NCBI GenBank assembly: GCA_964016885.1
Contig: OZ024745.1
Location: 39,618,001 to 39,682,000 of the forward strand
Length of the DNA: 64,000 bases
Origin: Eledone cirrhosa
Taxonomy: Eukaryota
Direction: 5' to 3'
Shown in pieces: positions 60,059-64,000 of this stretch; the first letter of the stretch is position 1, and the number at the start of each line of letters is the position of its first letter. The notes below the pieces were generated by a model. The model saw nothing but the letters and a program-made list of their open reading frames with translations. It searched no databases and was not told the DNA's origin. The translations under genes were made by a program, and so were the position numbers.

Positions 60059-61036
60059 ACGTGCGTGGTTGTATGTGTGTGTGTTTATGTGCGTATGTTT
60101 ATATAAGATAATTTGGTTGGAATTATGTGAACAAATTTCAGGAGTACATAAGTAGTGCTTTGAGAGGCTGGGAATTTTGGATGGTGCAAATGTTAAGCAG
60201 TTAAATATATAGCCATTTAGTGAGCTGTATTAAATTTAAAAAAATTCTTGTTATATGGAAAGAATGACATATGCAGATACACATAATTTTCAGTTCCGGA
60301 CATATAGTGGTCCTTTTTTCTGCAGGTCTCATTTGAGACATCCGGTATTCTTGATCCGGGATCTGCTGTTTTTCTATAGTAAAACGATTAAACCACTCCA
60401 AATGAAGCAGACCCGCTAGATGTAATAATTAATTTATAGGCTATTGCTTGCTATTTTTCGAATACAGCCTTGGCCATTTTGTCCGCAGTGCACAGAAGAG
60501 ATATAAACTTTCAGCCAAGGATGTAGTATCCTCCCTCATTCACCTTTATTCCTCTTTGGTGCATTTTATAAATAATTAAATATTTGAAATGTTATAGTGC
60601 TGCATAAAATAATTAGAATAATTTAGAAAGAATTGAATTTAGTTTGAATTAATTGAATTTAGAACAACCAAAGGACAAGTATGAAAAGGAATAAGTCATC
60701 CTTTCACTATTGAATACAAAACAGATGAAATATACCAGCAGACAGGATCAGAATGCTTCACACATTACTATATAAAAGACGAGAAACAAACAAAATCAAA
60801 TAGAATGAATTTGTTTTTTTTTAATACCGGAGAAAGTATCAAACAGTATCATCCGAGGTGGAAGAAAAAATAAAATCGTATATACACACAATACTATGAA
60901 TGCATAGAGGAAACACCAAAATACGTATGGATAGGTGCAGGCATGGGTGTGTGTTCGCATCGCAAAAATATATATATACATGTGAATCGAGTACTTATTT
61001 TGTTACCACCACCAATAAGTCACAGAATCGCCTACA

Positions 61037-61869
<833 letters not shown>

Positions 61870-61874
<5 letters not shown>

Positions 61875-62238
61875 ATAATAATAAAATTGAAGACTAAAAT
61901 CCAGAGAGGGCTCGATAAGGCAAATATATATCAAATATATAAGAACCGAAGAGCAAATATTTATTAAAATAACGACCTCTTTTATACCATAAACGTGGTT
62001 CTGTCCTTGCACGTAATTGTTTTTCACCGCTCCTATTAATGACGTATTATTCGTTTTTTCCCGTTCTTTGCCAGAGAACGTCACCATGAACCAAAGTATC
62101 GTCTTCCTGTCTTGCTCCGGTTGCAACGTTTTTTGAAATATCCAGTTCTGCGTTTACAGATTGACTTTGTTAGTTTCAGAAGATCCCGTTAAGGGTGAAA
62201 GCAGCGATTCTTTGCTTAAACTTTAATCTGTTATTTTA

Positions 62239-62240
<2 letters not shown>
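61870..62240. mobile_element. Family F element, second copy (tail on minus, 3' UTR arm on plus)
   Basis: Same two termini as 49590-50945; hammerhead-like motif 62172-62222 with core CAGAAGA. Confidence 0.85.
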
Positions 62241-62313
<73 letters not shown>

Positions 62314-62407
62314 AATATAAATATATATTTGTATATGTGTGCATGAATATAAAATATATATATATACATATATATATATATGTATATATATATATATGTA
62401 TATATAT

Positions 62408-62464
62408 ATACCAACATAGTATTCACCGAAAGTTAGTTTCGGTGAATACTATGTTGGTGTATAT
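62408..62464. repeat. Small palindrome at the edge of a TA tract
   Basis: accaacatagtattcaccgaaa gttag tttcggtgaatactatgttggt. Confidence 0.8.
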
Positions 62465-62910
62465 ATATACCGTCCAGCATCTTTTACAGCTATTGAGAGA
62501 TAGAGACTAGATAGTTGTATGACTCTAACTGAGGACGACAGCAGTCGGCGTGTTTTGGCTGCTTAATCTTCATATGGGGGACAAAACTCTGTGAGTGAAC
62601 ACCGTTAAATTTTCTCCCTCATATCAAGGATTTGAAGACAATTATTTTCACCTGACGAGATCAGTAATAATCGATCGTAGCTGCACGATTGATCTATCTC
62701 TTATTGAAACATGTGTCGTGATTAAAATGATTGGAAATTTATACCATGCCTTCGGATCTTTATTTTGATATAAATACTCCGTTTTACATCATCTAACTGT
62801 TCCCATAAATGGAATTGGAGATATACAAAAGCGTGCAGAACTTAATATTGCTAACAAAAATGTATTAGACCGTATGACACAACCAATAATACACCTTACT
62901 ATATAACAAC

Positions 62911-62942
<32 letters not shown>

Positions 62943-62973
62943 CATATATATACATATATATATATATATATAC

Positions 62974-63023
<50 letters not shown>

Positions 63024-63031
<8 letters not shown>

Positions 63032-63434
63032 ACTTGGGGAGGGTCATATTTGTGTAATATTGCCATAATTAATTCCAGAACACAAATATATAAACAGACT
63101 AAATAAAGATGGCGTAGAAAATACAATGCGACGTGAGGAAACAATAGCACCACTGACGATGTTGCAGATGTGCAACGAAAGAACTTTGATAAACTATATA
63201 TATGTGTTTGTGTCTATATTGTATCTGTATTTTTGACCGTTGGTTAGTCAATGGCAACATTGAGGACCGAATAAATTAAATTAACCGATATAAAAGACAT
63301 AGAAGCGAAAAGCGACAAGCAACCAAACAGTGAGTGTGTTCTGTTATTAATTCTGGCAATATTACACAAATATGACCCTCCCAAGTATAACAATATTTGA
63401 TTCGACACACGATTTCATATCAAAAACCTCGCAA

Positions 63435-63438
<4 letters not shown>
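63024..63438 (+). mobile_element. Family D-related fold-back+tail element with canonical-core hammerhead at ~63149-63190
   Basis: Arms 63024-63082/63336-63394, tail to 63438; CUGACGA U GUUGCA gaug UGCAAC GAAAG AA CUU. Confidence 0.8.
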
Positions 63439-63467
<29 letters not shown>

Positions 63468-63471
<4 letters not shown>

Positions 63472-63527
63472 AACGAGTAGGACACCGACGGCTGAGCTCA
63501 AGCCGTTTCGACGGCCAATTCTGGACT
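63468..63527 (-). mobile_element. Family A tail-less arm
   Basis: taggaacgagtaggacaccgacggctgagctcaagccgtttcgacggccaatt, same start point as 21441. Confidence 0.75.
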
Positions 63528-64000
63528 AAATGAACATATTTATCCTGGTATATGAATAGCCGAGTTTCTCAGGGGGTAATTCCATATATGGAATTACCAT
63601 ATATGGGGGGGGGGGGGGGTATTCTGAATTAATTTTCCGTATCAAATTTTTCATATACCTCGTACGAGCATTTAATTAGTTTGCACTACAATTTTTGTAT
63701 CGTAGCGGCACCTTTAGAGATAGTATTAGTATTCATTTTCGGGATTCTGAATTATTATTTCGTATTAGTTTATTTTTGCACTGGGTTTTGGCCTTGTTCC
63801 TAGGGTGGAGGAAATTATTTCGTATTAGTTTCGGGGCTTTGAATTATTATTTCGTGGTAGTTTCTTCCGTATTTTGACCCCCCCCCCCACACAAACACAC
63901 TTGTTGACCATTCACCGTAAGATAGACTCGGTTGATTACTACTAACTCTTAAAATGGTCTCATTACAATTCCGTCCCACCTAGTAAACTTTTCTATAGTT

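Noticed and set aside
60201-60401. Cys/His-containing ORF resembling a piggyBac C-terminus
   Set aside because: Motif spacing is poor and no TIR or DDD region is visible
62648-62690. CTGACGA GATC...GATC hairpin
   Set aside because: GAAA is replaced by GTAG and stem I is unclear; at best a decayed hammerhead

Overview
AT-rich, repeat-dominated eukaryotic non-coding DNA. It is most likely an octopus genome (inferred from the abundant octopus-type tRNA-derived SINE and the very long (TA)n arrays). I found no credible host exon. Almost all ORFs in the supplied track are translations of (TA)n, (CA)n or (GA)n microsatellites. The main signal is that the (TA)n tracts contain about 20 insertions of at least 6 families of short 'fold-back + tail' elements. 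Each family has two fixed ends. Most families carry a type I hammerhead ribozyme or part of one (CUGANGA...GAAA, often with a palindromic stem III). One copy is still attached to a Penelope-like element (PLE) GIY-YIG C-terminus. One family is a non-coding, highly structured 310-bp tandem unit with one hammerhead per unit, i.e. retrozyme-like. Other content: an RTE LINE with a twin-priming-type inversion and ultra-short copies in TA tracts, three inverted duplications of host DNA next to TA arrays, a head-to-head Helitron pair, Tx1/L1 and Dong/R4 LINE fragments, older PLE relics and many SINEs. All coordinates and pairings were read by eye and may be off by a few bases.
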